From: Perkinsela sp. CCAP 1560/9
Taxonomy: Eukaryota; Protista; Euglenozoa: Kinetoplastea
Direction: 5' to 3'
Assembly: GCA_965644495.1 (NCBI GenBank)
Contig: CBFFSA010000002.1
Location: 1,178,001-1,242,000, forward strand
Length of the DNA stretch: 64,000 nt
Shown: one piece after another, positions 21,514 to 33,399 of the stretch
Layout: every line of letters begins with the position of its first letter
How positions within the stretch are numbered: the first letter of the stretch is position 1
Translations under genes and position numbers: made by a program
The notes under the pieces: model-generated
Told to the model about the DNA's origin: nothing
Seen by the model: the letters and a program-made list of their open reading frames with translations, nothing else
Databases searched by the model: none

Positions 21514-23430
21514 CTAGACAACGCAGAGACCACAATTACATACGATGTTGTACCGTTCTAGAAAAGGGCGGCGCAGAACACCCTCGGGTACCCTTTCTTG
21601 GTTCCCGATGGACATCGGCAAGTATGAAATCGTAACCTCCTCGCCCGCTTGTATGTTCCTCAGTGCACGAAAACAAAGAACACGGGAACCCATCTGTTGT
21701 ATTCCTTTTTTGACGATCCTCGGATTTTGTGGTAAATTCTCCCAGCTGTAACACGCATTGGGATTGCAGTTGTGGTTTATAAAACTTGCTATACGAGGGA
21801 AAAAACCACAACCTTTACCGTTCCCAAGCTGAAAGAAGTTAGTAAGTAGGACACGGCAAATTTGAAGTAAGATAGAAGCGTCGAGGTGCTGTGCAGAGAA
21901 TCCGTAGTGCAAACCTATTTCATAGAGATACGCAAGGTCACTTAGAGGAAACTCCTCAGAGGATAGGACATAGTCCGAAGCCAAGCTACGCATATATTTT
22001 TCATAAAACGACTTTAATGAGGATTTAGTTTTTCGATTACGAGCACTTTGTCCGAGATTCCCAGCGAAAGATTTCCGACATTTCCCGCATTGAAGTTGCG
22101 CATAAAGTCTGTGAAGAAGAGGCGCAAGTATTCTAATGGTGTCTCGAGATTTTGCGTTAACCTGATACGCTCCTAATGGTCCAAATAAGTATCGCAGATT
22201 GTACTCGGCGCTACAATGACTTCTGTGGTATAGATTACAAGACGTTTTGCGACAGTTTTCACTGCACCATTTTTGCATGCAACCCGATGTGTTTGCTTTG
22301 GTACATACGTGGGGCTTAGAGATTGAAGTCGACTCGCTCAATTCGTTTTCAAAAGATTCGTCGTCAGAGGAATTCAATAAATCGGAAATAGTATTCCTTT
22401 CATCTCCAAAAATGGAAGAATTTCTAGTTTGTTCTGTCTGGACTTTTGTGACATTTTTTTGCGACGAGGCCATCCTATCGCGTCCTCCAGACTCTGAGCA
22501 CAATCGTTTGCCACATCCGTCACAAAGTTGATTAGCACTAGGATGTGCGCCGTAAGATGGACTAAAAATTAATGGGGCCTCGTAAAATATAATTTTCCCT
22601 GCAATAAAACCTTTTGCTGCTACTACACCACGGTAGTCACTTGCCGGTGAATCATTCAAGCGACGGTTGCGCGCAACCTTGGCATTTTTATGAATCTTAT
22701 TCAAGGAAAGAGAGGACGTGATAGAATTCCGTGGATATGCATACGTCTCAGGACAAGGCAAGTGCTGCACAGTCACATGAAAATCGGTATCTAATGTTGC
22801 CTTGTAAAAACGATCAACTGCTGGTTTCGCAAGCGATCTTGAAAAGAAGATATTTTTGTGTCCGCATATTTTTACATGATTATTTCCCGGTACTATGATC
22901 GATGGGCAATAAGATTCACAGCCCGGATCATTCACGGTGGCCGCATCCATCATGCGTTCTCTTATTCTAGAGATAACATTTATTATACACCCAATATGAC
23001 CGGTAGTTTTTTCCAGTGATGTCCCAATGACATCAAGTTTGCATGACTCCGCGCTACCCTTTGGCACATTTTCACTTTTTGCCGATTTGAGCTCTCGCTG
23101 AAGGAGTGACTCCACATACCCCAAAAATGTATCCCATTCCTGTGATACGTATTGCACATAGTCATTAAGTAGATAAAGACGCAGAACTCGGATGTCATTA
23201 ACAAGTGCTGCATTATCTGAAATCTTCAAGGTATCGATAGAGTTAATACCACAGGCGGGTATCTGAACACTTGTGACACAAGAAAGTATTTTTCGAATAA
23301 CATTAAAGTCAAGCGGCCCCCTAAATGCATTCCCATTTTCTACTTTCACTATCCTCTCACATTTATGGAGGGTTAAGAACAATTTGCGAATGTGTGAAAA
23401 AACCTCGCTCCGTAAGCGAAAGGGCCACAT
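21514..23430 (-). CDS. SET/MYND (SMYD-like) lysine methyltransferase
   Basis: RGVVAAKGFIAGKIIFYEAPL, split MYND (CDGC...WCSENC...H..HC), FINHNCNPNA, ALRNIQAGEEVTISYL, post-SET CNCGLC. Confidence 0.9.
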   Translation of the reverse strand: MWPFRLRSEVFSHIRKLFLTLHKCERIVKVENGNAFRGPLDFNVIRKILSCVTSVQIPACGINSIDTLKISDNAALVNDIRVLRLYLLNDYVQYVSQEWDTFLGYVESLLQRELKSAKSENVPKGSAESCKLDVIGTSLEKTTGHIGCIINVISRIRERMMDAATVNDPGCESYCPSIIVPGNNHVKICGHKNIFFSRSLAKPAVDRFYKATLDTDFHVTVQHLPCPETYAYPRNSITSSLSLNKIHKNAKVARNRRLNDSPASDYRGVVAAKGFIAGKIIFYEAPLIFSPSYGAHPSANQLCDGCGKRLCSESGGRDRMASSQKNVTKVQTEQTRNSSIFGDERNTISDLLNSSDDESFENELSESTSISKPHVCTKANTSGCMQKWCSENCRKTSCNLYHRSHCSAEYNLRYLFGPLGAYQVNAKSRDTIRILAPLLHRLYAQLQCGKCRKSFAGNLGQSARNRKTKSSLKSFYEKYMRSLASDYVLSSEEFPLSDLAYLYEIGLHYGFSAQHLDASILLQICRVLLTNFFQLGNGKGCGFFPRIASFINHNCNPNACYSWENLPQNPRIVKKGIQQMGSRVLCFRALRNIQAGEEVTISYLPMSIGNQERVPEGVLRRPFLERYNIVCNCGLCVV

Positions 23431-23833
23431 GTGTTTTACACTTTACCCCTTGAGTGCGCTGTCGCTGACCAGCTCTGAGTGTGTGCGAACAACATGAATT
23501 CGAAAAACATAACTTCACAAAAAAGCTATCATTGGAAGAAATATCGAGTGATGAAATACGTCGCAAAACTTCCAATATTACCAAAACATAGGAAAGAAAG
23601 ATTTCAAGAAACTGAACTTGTAAAATCGAAATTCCACGTCATCCAATTCCACGTCTCCGTTAAGAGGTACACAAACCCAAAAACTTAATTCACAATATTG
23701 TTCCTATCGACGGATTGATGCTTCATTAAAGCACACAATGTCAAACAACTTTGTTAAACTACAGATGGACAGTCAAGATCAATAGGAACTTAGAACTCAA
23801 CCCAGTCCACCTTTCACCTCATTTGCCCAGGAA

Positions 23834-25870
23834 TTATGCTAGAGGAAGAACCGCTCCACCGCTGTCGGCCACCGTAATAAAAGGATTGTTATAAAACCGT
23901 GACCCCAGCGCGACGGGGTTGAGCCGTAACAGCCCTATCACCATCACCAGATTCCCCTCCCGCAGCGTGGCCTGGGCCCGTTTCGACAGTGTGCTGCCGT
24001 AGACTCGGATTGTCACACACTCTGGAGGGACCCCAGCCTCGGCGACGTCCACCACCAAGGAGAACTGTGTCACCGGGGTCATCCCCTGGTACCCACTCGC
24101 GAGCTCACACACCACCCCGCTGAGTGTGATGTTCGTGTAGCTCCGGGCATGGACCACAACATCCTGCTCGAGTGACACGTTGGCGTTCTTGAGCTCCTCG
24201 GCTAACAACGCAGCCCGGGGGTCACCCTCCGAGGCCCCCTGGCCCGGGACTTTACTCATGTCCACCGGGGTAGGGACATAGGCCGGGATGTTCTCGAGGT
24301 TAATCCCAATCGTGGGACGAGGGGTATCGGCTTTCGACCCCGAGGCTGTGCTCCCCGCCGAGGCCACCGCGCTGGCCTGCCCGGGGTGCTTGGTCTCATA
24401 GTGTCCCGTGAGCCCAAGCTGGGTTTTGAACCCTTTCCCGCAGATGGTGCATTGAAACCGTTTCTCGCTGTCCAGCGAGGGGTCCATCCCCGGGACTACC
24501 CCGGCGGGGGAGGCGGCGGTACTCTCCACCGACCCCGGAGGGGCAGAGAAAGTCGGATCAAACACCCCAGGGGTCGTACCCTGGTCCCCGGCAAGTGGGG
24601 AGAACGGGTTGAACGGACCCGCAGGGGTAGCGCCTCGTGGGGGCTCCGCGGAACCCCCCACAGCCCCGGCACCGCTCGCCGAGGAAGCTCCTCCCCCGGA
24701 AGCGGGGGAGGAGGGGATCGTCACGCTCAACGGGACCGGATCCACCGCCACCCCGCTCTCCCCGGCACTGCGTATGACCGTCCCCCCACGTGCGCGCTCC
24801 GCGAACCCTTTGATTTCCTCCATCGTGTAGACCCGGACACGCTGGAACTTTCGCGTCCCCGCCCCCCACCGTGTGGTACCAAGCTCATCCCACAGCGAGA
24901 GCAGGGAGCTACGAAGCTCCTCACTAACCGCCGGGTCATACCCCACAACAGAAGCCGTACTACTACTCCCTGTCTTTGTACTCACAGAGGTAAGACTCAC
25001 CCGCGTCTTACTTCCAGAACTCGAGCTCATGTTTGTGGCACTACTGCTACTGCTACCACCACTGTTGTTATTGTTACTCCCCCCACTCCCTCCTGTGGGG
25101 GCTTGCTGTCGGTTCGTTGCCTCCACGGGGCGCGCCCCGTCGTGTTTGGTATTCAAATGGTGCTCCAGGGCCATGGAGAGACGGAAGCTTTTGCTGCACA
25201 GGTGGCAGGCAAACTTCTTGTCCTCCCCGAGGCTGGCGGCTTGCTGGATCTCCGCAGCCCGGGTGGGGTTGATGGCGGAGACGGGGGCGCGGGGGGACGG
25301 GGGGGCTGCGGGGGTGGGGGGCCGAGGGGCTGTCCCTGGAGTGGAAGGGGTCTCTGAAGCCAGCGGTTGTGAAGGGGTTGAGGCCATTGGGGGCGTTGCC
25401 CCTGTCGTGGACGGGGGGGTTGATGTGATGGGGTTGTCCTGGGCTGGGGATTTGGTGCAGAGTACCCGGGCGGAGTGCCGACGAGCGGCGTCGGCGGTGA
25501 GTTCCGTGCCGGAGGGTACGGGGAGGGAGGCGTGATCTTCCCCGATGGTCCAGCGTGGGACTTCGTCCGGGGCGGGGTTTAGGGGGTGTTTGCGGTGAGC
25601 CTCCTGTAACAGGAGCCGACCATAGTCGGTCTCGGCGAGCTCAAATTCGTTGTACAGAGTGTTGGAGACTACATAGGGGTCACCACGACGCAGCAGGAGA
25701 GGGGTGCTCCGGAGTAAACCGCAACGTGGTTGCTGACTGTGAGTGTGCTGAGGGATATCTTCTGAGGAAACCTCTTTTATAGAGGTTCTTGTAGTGAAAT
25801 AGATCCGGGGTAACACACAAGTAGGGAGTGTTGGGGAGGATATCCGAGAACGAAAATGGGGTTTCCACAT
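23834..25870 (-). CDS. RNA-editing complex KREPA-family protein (probably KREPA2/MP63)
   Basis: Two C2H2 fingers (CHLCSKSF...HLNTKH; CTICGKGF...HYETKH), C-terminal OB/SSB-like fold (TNITLSGVV...LREGNLVMVIGLLRLNP), mitochondrial-type N-terminus. The paralog identity is uncertain. Confidence 0.8.
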   Translation of the reverse strand: MWKPHFRSRISSPTLPTCVLPRIYFTTRTSIKEVSSEDIPQHTHSQQPRCGLLRSTPLLLRRGDPYVVSNTLYNEFELAETDYGRLLLQEAHRKHPLNPAPDEVPRWTIGEDHASLPVPSGTELTADAARRHSARVLCTKSPAQDNPITSTPPSTTGATPPMASTPSQPLASETPSTPGTAPRPPTPAAPPSPRAPVSAINPTRAAEIQQAASLGEDKKFACHLCSKSFRLSMALEHHLNTKHDGARPVEATNRQQAPTGGSGGSNNNNSGGSSSSSATNMSSSSGSKTRVSLTSVSTKTGSSSTASVVGYDPAVSEELRSSLLSLWDELGTTRWGAGTRKFQRVRVYTMEEIKGFAERARGGTVIRSAGESGVAVDPVPLSVTIPSSPASGGGASSASGAGAVGGSAEPPRGATPAGPFNPFSPLAGDQGTTPGVFDPTFSAPPGSVESTAASPAGVVPGMDPSLDSEKRFQCTICGKGFKTQLGLTGHYETKHPGQASAVASAGSTASGSKADTPRPTIGINLENIPAYVPTPVDMSKVPGQGASEGDPRAALLAEELKNANVSLEQDVVVHARSYTNITLSGVVCELASGYQGMTPVTQFSLVVDVAEAGVPPECVTIRVYGSTLSKRAQATLREGNLVMVIGLLRLNPVALGSRFYNNPFITVADSGGAVLPLA

Positions 25871-26226
25871 GAATAGACAATAGTTGCGACGCCTAACTTG
25901 AAAGTATTTTTGAACAAAAGTGCATAAAATAAAAGTCACCGATCGTTTTTAAAAGATTGACGAATACCCTGTAATTTTAGTTTCCCGCATTATATTGTTA
26001 CACTTGAGTTTCTTACTGTGGTTACTCTTTTAATAACCGAGGGAGAAGCGGTACTTTCCGCTTTACTGCAGCAAGATTTCACGTCGATGACTGAGAAGAA
26101 GACAAATCCATGTAAAGCTCCTTTATAAAGCACTGTTGTTACTATTAGCAGCATCCAAAAGAATGTAAATACGATACATTTTTTCTTTGATAAAGTATTC
26201 TTCGTAGGATTGTCTTGCAAGTAGAG

Positions 26227-26604
26227 CTACGGTGTTCGAAGTTTAAAATCTACAGCTGATACATTGTATTTGTAAATGTAGATGTCTGGTTGAAGGGTGG
26301 TGCGATGGGCCTCTATTGCTTGTTCGTTGTATGGTTCTACGTCGTATGAGAATACTTTTTTGTCTTCAAACTGAGGGAAATTTGATCGGGCGAGTTTTGC
26401 AAACACCCCTTGCTTCCTAGAGGTTGTGTGTGGAGACCAACTTACTCGTCGAGCGTGGCTGACAGCTTCGTCAGTAAAATAATGCTCCCATCTGATTTTA
26501 ATCCCCCGAGTTTTTACGGTGTACAAAGGACCGCGTGTATCCGTGCATTGCACCATCGTTGCGAAGTTTGATGTAAAGTGGAGAAGCCCAGTACGACTTT
26601 TCAT
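26227..26604 (-). CDS. Small basic hypothetical protein, possibly mitoribosomal
   Basis: Clean co-oriented ORF (WSPHTTSRKQGVFAKLARSNF); start and function uncertain. Confidence 0.5.
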   Translation of the reverse strand: MKSRTGLLHFTSNFATMVQCTDTRGPLYTVKTRGIKIRWEHYFTDEAVSHARRVSWSPHTTSRKQGVFAKLARSNFPQFEDKKVFSYDVEPYNEQAIEAHRTTLQPDIYIYKYNVSAVDFKLRTP

Positions 26605-26998
26605 GGTGATGTACTGCCTAATTTGAAGAATGGAAAGAAAACACAAATCCCTTAATAAAACCAATCCTGAATTGAAGGACTTTTATACTTACTAATACTC
26701 ACATTAATTTGACTGTTGAAGTGCATTATTACAATTAGCGAAAAGTCGGACCATAGATAGATACCTCGGTACCTAGAAGGGGGGCAACGCGTCTGCGATA
26801 ATTGGCAGAATATGGCGGAATTCGAAAGTGAACAGCAAAATGATTTCGGCGTCGAGAACCTAACGTCAGAAAAATAGAATAAAGGACAGCGATTTTAAAT
26901 TGAAATACAGGGGGTGGCAGGAAAATATGGGGGGGGGGGTCAAAATTCGTATAAACCACTGTCCGGGTTATTATACCTAGGAGGTATAATTTCCTTTT

Positions 26999-27774
26999 TT
27001 AGGCTCTTCGTTAAACGCGGTGGTCGTTTTCAACTTAGAAGTCACTCATGCTGCGCGCTTCGCGTTGAAAACTACCACCGCATTTAACGAAGACCCCAAA
27101 AAAAGGAAAATTGGCGGGGAAGCGGAAGAAAACGGAAGGATTTGAGCCAAAAATAGCCGATTTTTAGGTAAAAATGGGGTGATTTTTCTGTATTTTTGCT
27201 CTCAGAGCACTAAATTCGACATTAGCGTGTGGGAAATCACTCGTAGGCATGCATTCGAGGCTACAGAACGTATTGGGTAGAGAATGTGACTCCAACCACA
27301 CCATTCAAAGACCCCTTGGGGTCCGAAAATTACTTTTTCGCATTTTTTGGTCAAAAATGGGTAATTTTGGGAGGGGTACCACGGCTTCAAGAAGCGACAT
27401 CTCGCAAAATCAATGGCGTAGAAAGCTAGAATAGGTCCCAAGCTATGAAAATAAAATAGGGGAAACAATTTTGGAAAATTCCCTTTCCTCACCGTGGCCC
27501 AGTTAGCGCACGCCCCGCCGGTACCAATTTTGTACCGCGGCGTGCGCTATCTGGGCGTTTGGAAAAATATTTTTTTCAAAAAAAATTCGCGCGGTATGCC
27601 CCCCCTATGGACCCCCCAAGGGTTCGATTTTTTTTTAAAAATTTTGGACCACCGGAGCCCCTTTTATAAGTTTTTCTTCTATTATATTACTGTGTTCCTC
27701 TTTATATTTTCACTGTTTTTGTTCACTTTTTTTCAATAATCGAGGGTAGAGCGGTAGTTATACAACCACCGCAA
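26999..27774 (-). mobile_element. Asymmetric-end element, full copy in reverse orientation
   Basis: Both termini are present; it sits between remnants (TAAACCACTGTCCGGGTTATT... / CCTAGGTATAATAAC) of the MITE family seen at 49948. Confidence 0.85.
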
Positions 27775-27904
27775 TAAGTATCCCTAGGTATAATAACTTT
27801 ACTTTGCAAAAAAAAGGGTATGCTGCGAAGAATTCTTTCTTTCTTTCTTTCCCGTTTTTTGTTGCATAAATAAGTGTGTATTGGAAGCGCTGATCTTCTA
27901 CTTT

Positions 27905-28596
27905 TCACGTAGGATGTTGGACATTTAAAAGATCAGAAATTACCAAGATCCAAAAGAATAGTAGAAAATGAAGACACAAAATCAAGTAATATGCTTGTGC
28001 AACGCGTGACGTCAATACACTGTACCAGAATTTAGGATTTGACATCTGTTCATACAACCCACCAACAGAAAAACTAGGTAGCCATCCAAGCAAAACATTT
28101 GCATAATGCACATGACACCAAACAGAAAGTGTTAGAAGGCGGGATCTCATAGGACATACATGTACCGGATGCTCTGCCTCTTCCCCGTCACACGAATGAG
28201 ACAATTGCATTATGCTTTCCTGTGGATGAGTTACAATGTCAATACGCGTCGAAAACAGTTTTTTGCGTGGCGTCTCATACACTTTGCGGAACATACGCTC
28301 ACGTTGATGCTTTCTCAAAGTAGAAGTAAAGCTGCGAAGCCACCAACGTGGTCCTGGAAACCTACAAGGTGCCAAGCTTTGTGATTCAGCCTCGGTAAGA
28401 AAAATATTGGCCTCTGCTCGGGATATAGAACGTGATGGCGTGATTGCACTCTCACGAGGAAGATCCGGGATTTCGGCCAAATCCTCGGTTGTATGACTCG
28501 GTGCCAGCTGCCTATGGTAAAAACAACTTTCATCAAAAACAGGAAACACGCGAAGCGGACCCGGTCGGCGAAACGAGTCTTTGTGCATAGTTGGCA
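27905..28596 (-). CDS. Hypothetical protein with C-terminal hydrophobic segment(s)
   Basis: Co-oriented ORF open to 28708; TM-like YYLILCLHFLLFFWILVI; start uncertain. Confidence 0.5.
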
Positions 28597-29085
28597 TAGA
28601 CAATGTGTAAATTGCATACACAAGGTAAAAAACGATATATTTTCGCTGGTCAAAGCTGAAGAAAAGTGGTAGTTTCTTCTCTGCTTTTTTTAAAATACAA
28701 AGCAACATAATCCCCCTGCCAAAATGTAGTGTATTTCACCTTGCAAAAATAAGCGAAAGATACTTTTTGTATTAATTAATTGAGTATTGTATTAAATTAA
28801 TTGAGTGGCGAAAAATAAGATTAGCAAGTACAATTTACACATACACTTGTTCAGTTACGTATAATGTAGTTCCACTCTCCAGTTGTTTTATTTATTGGAC
28901 GATGTTTTTCAGCAGGGTTAACATCTCAGTTTTTACTACCCCGCCACACTGTGAGACATATTGATGTATCAAAAGCTTAATCTCTGTATAATGATTCATT
29001 TTGCGTTTCGACCTTAGCACAACCGCATAGCACACTGGTTTAACTTTAAAAATTAATCAACACATGATATTCATCCATGTATCAC

Positions 29086-29853
29086 TCACGTCCCATTTCT
29101 TCTATAACATTCGCTAGGGGAAACATGCCATCCGTGATCTGGGGCCAATACCTCGCATGTGTTACCTTTCACGTTGAAACGTTGCAGCGTATTCGGTACG
29201 TGACGAAAATCCAACACACCCGTAAAATGATTCTGGTACAAAAAAAGGGTTTGAATTCCCTCCCTCATTTTCGTAACGTCGACCAAACCTAAAAGAGAAT
29301 TTTGGTCCAGCACAAGAGCCCTTAAGGTAGAGGGCAATGAGGAGAGATCGATGTTTCCAGTAAAAAGGTTTCTACCCAGATCAAGTTCAACCAGACCCTC
29401 CGGTAACGCACTGAGGTCGAGTGTTCCGTTCATTCGGTTGGACCTTATGTCCAAGGACTCCAATTTTGGTGGAATATCGTCAAAATTAAGACTACCAGAT
29501 AGATGATTCCATTCAACACATATTTTCGTAGTCCCACGAGGGAACCAAGACAGATCGAAGGAGCACGATAGAGAACAGTCTGTTATGTGAACATCACGTA
29601 TTGTTTCGGGCAACTCGAACCACTCCACATTTAATAGATCTTCGTATTGATACTCTATAGTGCGGACTACGCCATCCTCATCGCAGCCTATTCCTTTCCA
29701 ATGACGCAATGGACGGGATTCAGAAATGTCCAGCGTTTTACAATTTTTAGTTCCCAGAAAACGAGAAAGCTGCACCTCAGGTGGTAAAATATGACGCTTT
29801 ACTTTTGCGGGAACTAATCTCGTCTGTTCAGGATCTTCGCAAAGTGTTTTCAT
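29086..29853 (-). CDS. Leucine-rich repeat protein (family member)
   Basis: AKVKRHILPPEVQLSRF...WKGIGC cap plus LRRs. Confidence 0.88.
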   Translation of the reverse strand: MKTLCEDPEQTRLVPAKVKRHILPPEVQLSRFLGTKNCKTLDISESRPLRHWKGIGCDEDGVVRTIEYQYEDLLNVEWFELPETIRDVHITDCSLSCSFDLSWFPRGTTKICVEWNHLSGSLNFDDIPPKLESLDIRSNRMNGTLDLSALPEGLVELDLGRNLFTGNIDLSSLPSTLRALVLDQNSLLGLVDVTKMREGIQTLFLYQNHFTGVLDFRHVPNTLQRFNVKGNTCEVLAPDHGWHVSPSECYRRNGT

Positions 29854-30502
29854 TATTTAATATGCAGTTCTAATGTATAGTTTTGTTCATGAAATCTTTG
29901 CTGCAAGCATCTGGTAGCTCACTAAATGCTAAAGATGGAAACGCGTAGACACTACTTATTCCCAAAGTCATATCCACAAAAGAAATAGGGGATACTGGTA
30001 TTACCTCATATTGTACGATACCTGATGCAAGAAACAAGGGATTCCTATTCACATTAGATTGCATTTATACATTCATTTTCCAATCGTATGCCACTGCACC
30101 TTATAATATAGCTAATAATAGTTCATAATACTAATAATAGCTTATAATATAGCTATAGCATACATGCACGGCCTTACATTTACATGAACGGTACATGTTA
30201 GTAGGAAAAATACGTTCTATGGTACACGCGTCTCACTGCGCATCATCAGTGCGAAAGGTACTAACTCCGAGTGTATGCACAAAAAAATGAAAGCAGCAAG
30301 GTTAGTTATTTGTTCTTTAACTCCTTTTTCGACTCAGAATCTCTCATCAGCAACAGTGTCACTTACTAGCAGTTTGTTAGTATTGTGAGAAGGATGTCCT
30401 TCAAGATTTAAACGAGCAAATAAAAGAACCTCCAATAATACCTTACGTATTAATAAACACATAAGAATAAAAGTCGTGTTTTTTCCATGTTCGCTCACCC
30501 GT

Positions 30503-31240
30503 TCATTGACCCCCTGCTCTTAGAACATCCCACTCATTTTCCTTTGAATAAAAGCTCACAAGACTGTTCGGACGGTTGCGCATGTCCGCAATCCCGGTAA
30601 ACCGGTTTGCATTCATCAACAACACCCGAATGCCCTCCTGAAGCGCCGTGAGGTCCACCTCCCCCTCCAGCTGGTTGTTCGAGAGATCGAGTTTCAGCAA
30701 GGATCCCGGAAGCGTGCGCAAATCCACGCCCCCGGAAAACGCATTCCCACTCAGCGATAGGATCTCTAAATGCTGCGGCAGCGCGGTGAGATCGAGGGTC
30801 CCGGAAAATGCGTTGTTTCGCACATCCCAGTGACGGATCTCTGCGGGAAGGTTTTCCAGTGCCAGCGGACCGCTGAGGTGGTTGTCCCGTCCCGAGACAT
30901 AACGCAGAGAATTGGGCAACACCTCGGTCGCGAGTGTTCCATGGAGAGCGTTATCCTTGAAATGGAGCCGGGTAAGCCCCATGGGGGTGTGTTCCCACAA
31001 CAACGACCCCTCGTAGCTCCCGTCCGGGATGTACTCCTGGCCACTCCACTTGAGTTCGGTGATGTGGCCGGAGTCGTCGCAGTGGACGCCGAACCACTCA
31101 CAGCCCGGGGTGGCCTCAGTCCACGTGGAGTCGGGATTGATAATTTGCGCAGTGAATCGCGCGAGTTGGTGTTCGAGGGGGAGGTTGTGGAAATCCACAC
31201 GGGCCCGACGGACGTTGGAGTGATCCGCGGCCCGTATCAT
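30503..31240 (-). CDS. Leucine-rich repeat protein (family member)
   Basis: RARVDFHNLPLEHQLARF...GCEWFGVHC cap plus LRRs; ORF open to 31354. Confidence 0.88.
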   Translation of the reverse strand: MIRAADHSNVRRARVDFHNLPLEHQLARFTAQIINPDSTWTEATPGCEWFGVHCDDSGHITELKWSGQEYIPDGSYEGSLLWEHTPMGLTRLHFKDNALHGTLATEVLPNSLRYVSGRDNHLSGPLALENLPAEIRHWDVRNNAFSGTLDLTALPQHLEILSLSGNAFSGGVDLRTLPGSLLKLDLSNNQLEGEVDLTALQEGIRVLLMNANRFTGIADMRNRPNSLVSFYSKENEWDVLRAGGQ

Positions 31241-31684
31241 TGTAGTTTTTGAACGAGGAAAATACAAAATTGATTCAGTGATGTTAGGTGAGCTGGGTAC
31301 ATCTACACTGTGTACTATGTGCTCTAATAGGGGTAATTTTGGACAAATAGTCATATAATGTATGAAGAGGGTGTATGCTTTTCAAAGGCATTCACAAAAG
31401 CAGCTTTGTACATGATAAAAAATCGACATCACCTTGCGGCTATACTCCCCCCTATCCTAGCGTTGCCCCGGTACGCCCCTATTAGCGTTGCTTTTGAAGA
31501 TGAATCCTGCCGCGAAGCAGCAGATGTTTTTTCCCAATCAATTTTTCCCGAAATTATTTTCATCGATTTATTAATCCCATGTTAATGTCCACATAGCTAT
31601 AAGTCTAGTAGCTATAAGTCTCATTAAATTAAGATCTTCGAATTAGTCACTGTTTTCTTGGCCGCGCTCCTTGAAGTATACCAA

Positions 31685-31865
31685 CACAAGGTTTATCCTC
31701 TTCCTCCGATTATCGTATTTTCCTCCCAGACTTCATCTCGTGAATCTTCAAGGATTCTAGAAGAAGTCAGCAGCACTGTGAATTCCATGGAAAATTTCTG
31801 TTACGTCACTATATCTGAATCGGGGTGGATGAATAAGCAGACTTTTTCTGAACCCTTTGCGACAA
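31685..31865 (+). pseudogene. pogo-type DDE domain fragment
   Basis: PLPPIIVF...ISESGWMNKQTF is typical of pogo-type transposases. Confidence 0.6.
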
Positions 31866-32170
31866 AGTCGTGGAACAATATAAAATTTTGTGATCAAAAA
31901 GGGGTCGAGATAGGCGGACTGCAACTTTTTAAACCTCCAAAAAGCTACAGCCTTCCTTTCTATTTGTTTTGTCAACATGATTTGACAAAAGAGCACGTTC
32001 TTTTGACCCAAAGGATGCGAAGAAATCTCTATAAAAATGCAATACTCTTCAGCAGGGGAACGAAATCTCTCGTTTGCAACAAAAATGAGCAAAAATTAAA
32101 TACAACAAAATACATAGAAAGGGCAGACTACTAAGAAGGAATGTTGAAACATACCACTGGCTTCCTCCGT

Positions 32171-33112
32171 TTACTTTTTTACAAACGAATTATTGGCTTG
32201 CACATGCAAATTTAGAATATCCAATTCCGGTTCCTCTAGAAACATTTCAAAGTCCGCGACGTACAAAATCTCATCGTGGTCGCCAATTTCACACTTTTTG
32301 CTGTAAACGTACGGCTTCTCGTCTTTGTCCTGCGTAACGCCATTAGCAGCCGGAGTAAGAGCTCCACGAATGGTACAATTCAGATTACCAGCGTGTGCTC
32401 CCTGAAGGATACGCTGAATAAGATCTAACCCTGAAACAGATGTTCGTTCGTCTGTTATGTAAGTGTGTTTTTGTGCTGGAAGTAAAAACAGATCATCTGT
32501 GTTTTGGGCCAAGCAAGCTGTATTATTTTCTAAAGCATTTTGTGGACAAAACTGGTAAGGCTGAATGCCACACTTCGTAGTAGACTGTGAAACCATTTCA
32601 TTGGGAATTGACCAGAATAAGAACCCGGGCGTAGAACACAGTCGATACGCCGATGCATGAATATTGGCTCCTTCTGCTTCTCCACTTGCGGAATATACGC
32701 CGATAATTCGTAGGCCACGTAAGAGAGAGGCAGATGTGTGATAACTTGCGCTCGGTTGAGAATTCGTCTTTATCTTGCTACTCACCTCCTCACGTATTCC
32801 ATGTCGTATATTTCGTAGATCGTCGTCCAAAGCCATGCGGAGTGCTTCGGTCACAACCTCAACCCCCGTGTCAGCAATATGAGTAAATTCAGGATGTGAA
32901 TGTGTCAAAGGAATCGCGTACGTAACCTCTGTGATAGCTTCGTTACCTTCAAAACCGAGTGGCTCTTCACATTTGTTGGGAGAATCTCGCGGGAGCAGAA
33001 CATTCGAATTCTTTTCTTTTCCCAGTAGCAGCCCAACTATGGTTTGAGAAGGATGCTGCATGGCATGTAGCAGTGCGGTCGCGTACGCCTCAGGGTGAAC
33101 TTCGAAACGCAT
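32171..33112 (-). CDS. EMC8: ER membrane protein complex subunit 8/9 (MPN-like)
   Basis: AYATALLHAMQHPSQTIVGLLLG, AIPLTH, C-terminal VADFEMFLEEPELDILN. Confidence 0.85.
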   Translation of the reverse strand: MRFEVHPEAYATALLHAMQHPSQTIVGLLLGKEKNSNVLLPRDSPNKCEEPLGFEGNEAITEVTYAIPLTHSHPEFTHIADTGVEVVTEALRMALDDDLRNIRHGIREEVSSKIKTNSQPSASYHTSASLLRGLRIIGVYSASGEAEGANIHASAYRLCSTPGFLFWSIPNEMVSQSTTKCGIQPYQFCPQNALENNTACLAQNTDDLFLLPAQKHTYITDERTSVSGLDLIQRILQGAHAGNLNCTIRGALTPAANGVTQDKDEKPYVYSKKCEIGDHDEILYVADFEMFLEEPELDILNLHVQANNSFVKK

Positions 33113-33399
33113 CAGCCAAAGAGTTCGATTTCAAAGCAGTTCCGAGAATTCATCTGCATATCAAATAATAACTAAGTTTCACCTAATTTTGGAAGGCGGA
33201 AAACGATCAACACTGATGCGGAGCAAGCGTATTTTTTAAAAAGTAAATTCTACTGACACTTATAACTTAATTAATTAAACACATCGTATATTTGAACATG
33301 AGGTAGACTTAGCATAGAAAAACCAAAGTCCAAAACATTCCCTACACAACGCGATTCCATACTGTCGAACAAGAAACGTCATCACATGGGCCCTTGGGA

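Noticed and set aside
24386-25535. Long plus-strand ORFs antisense to KREPA (similar cases at CLP1, IF3 and LRR genes)
   Set aside because: Shadow ORFs of GC-rich coding sequence with no motifs.
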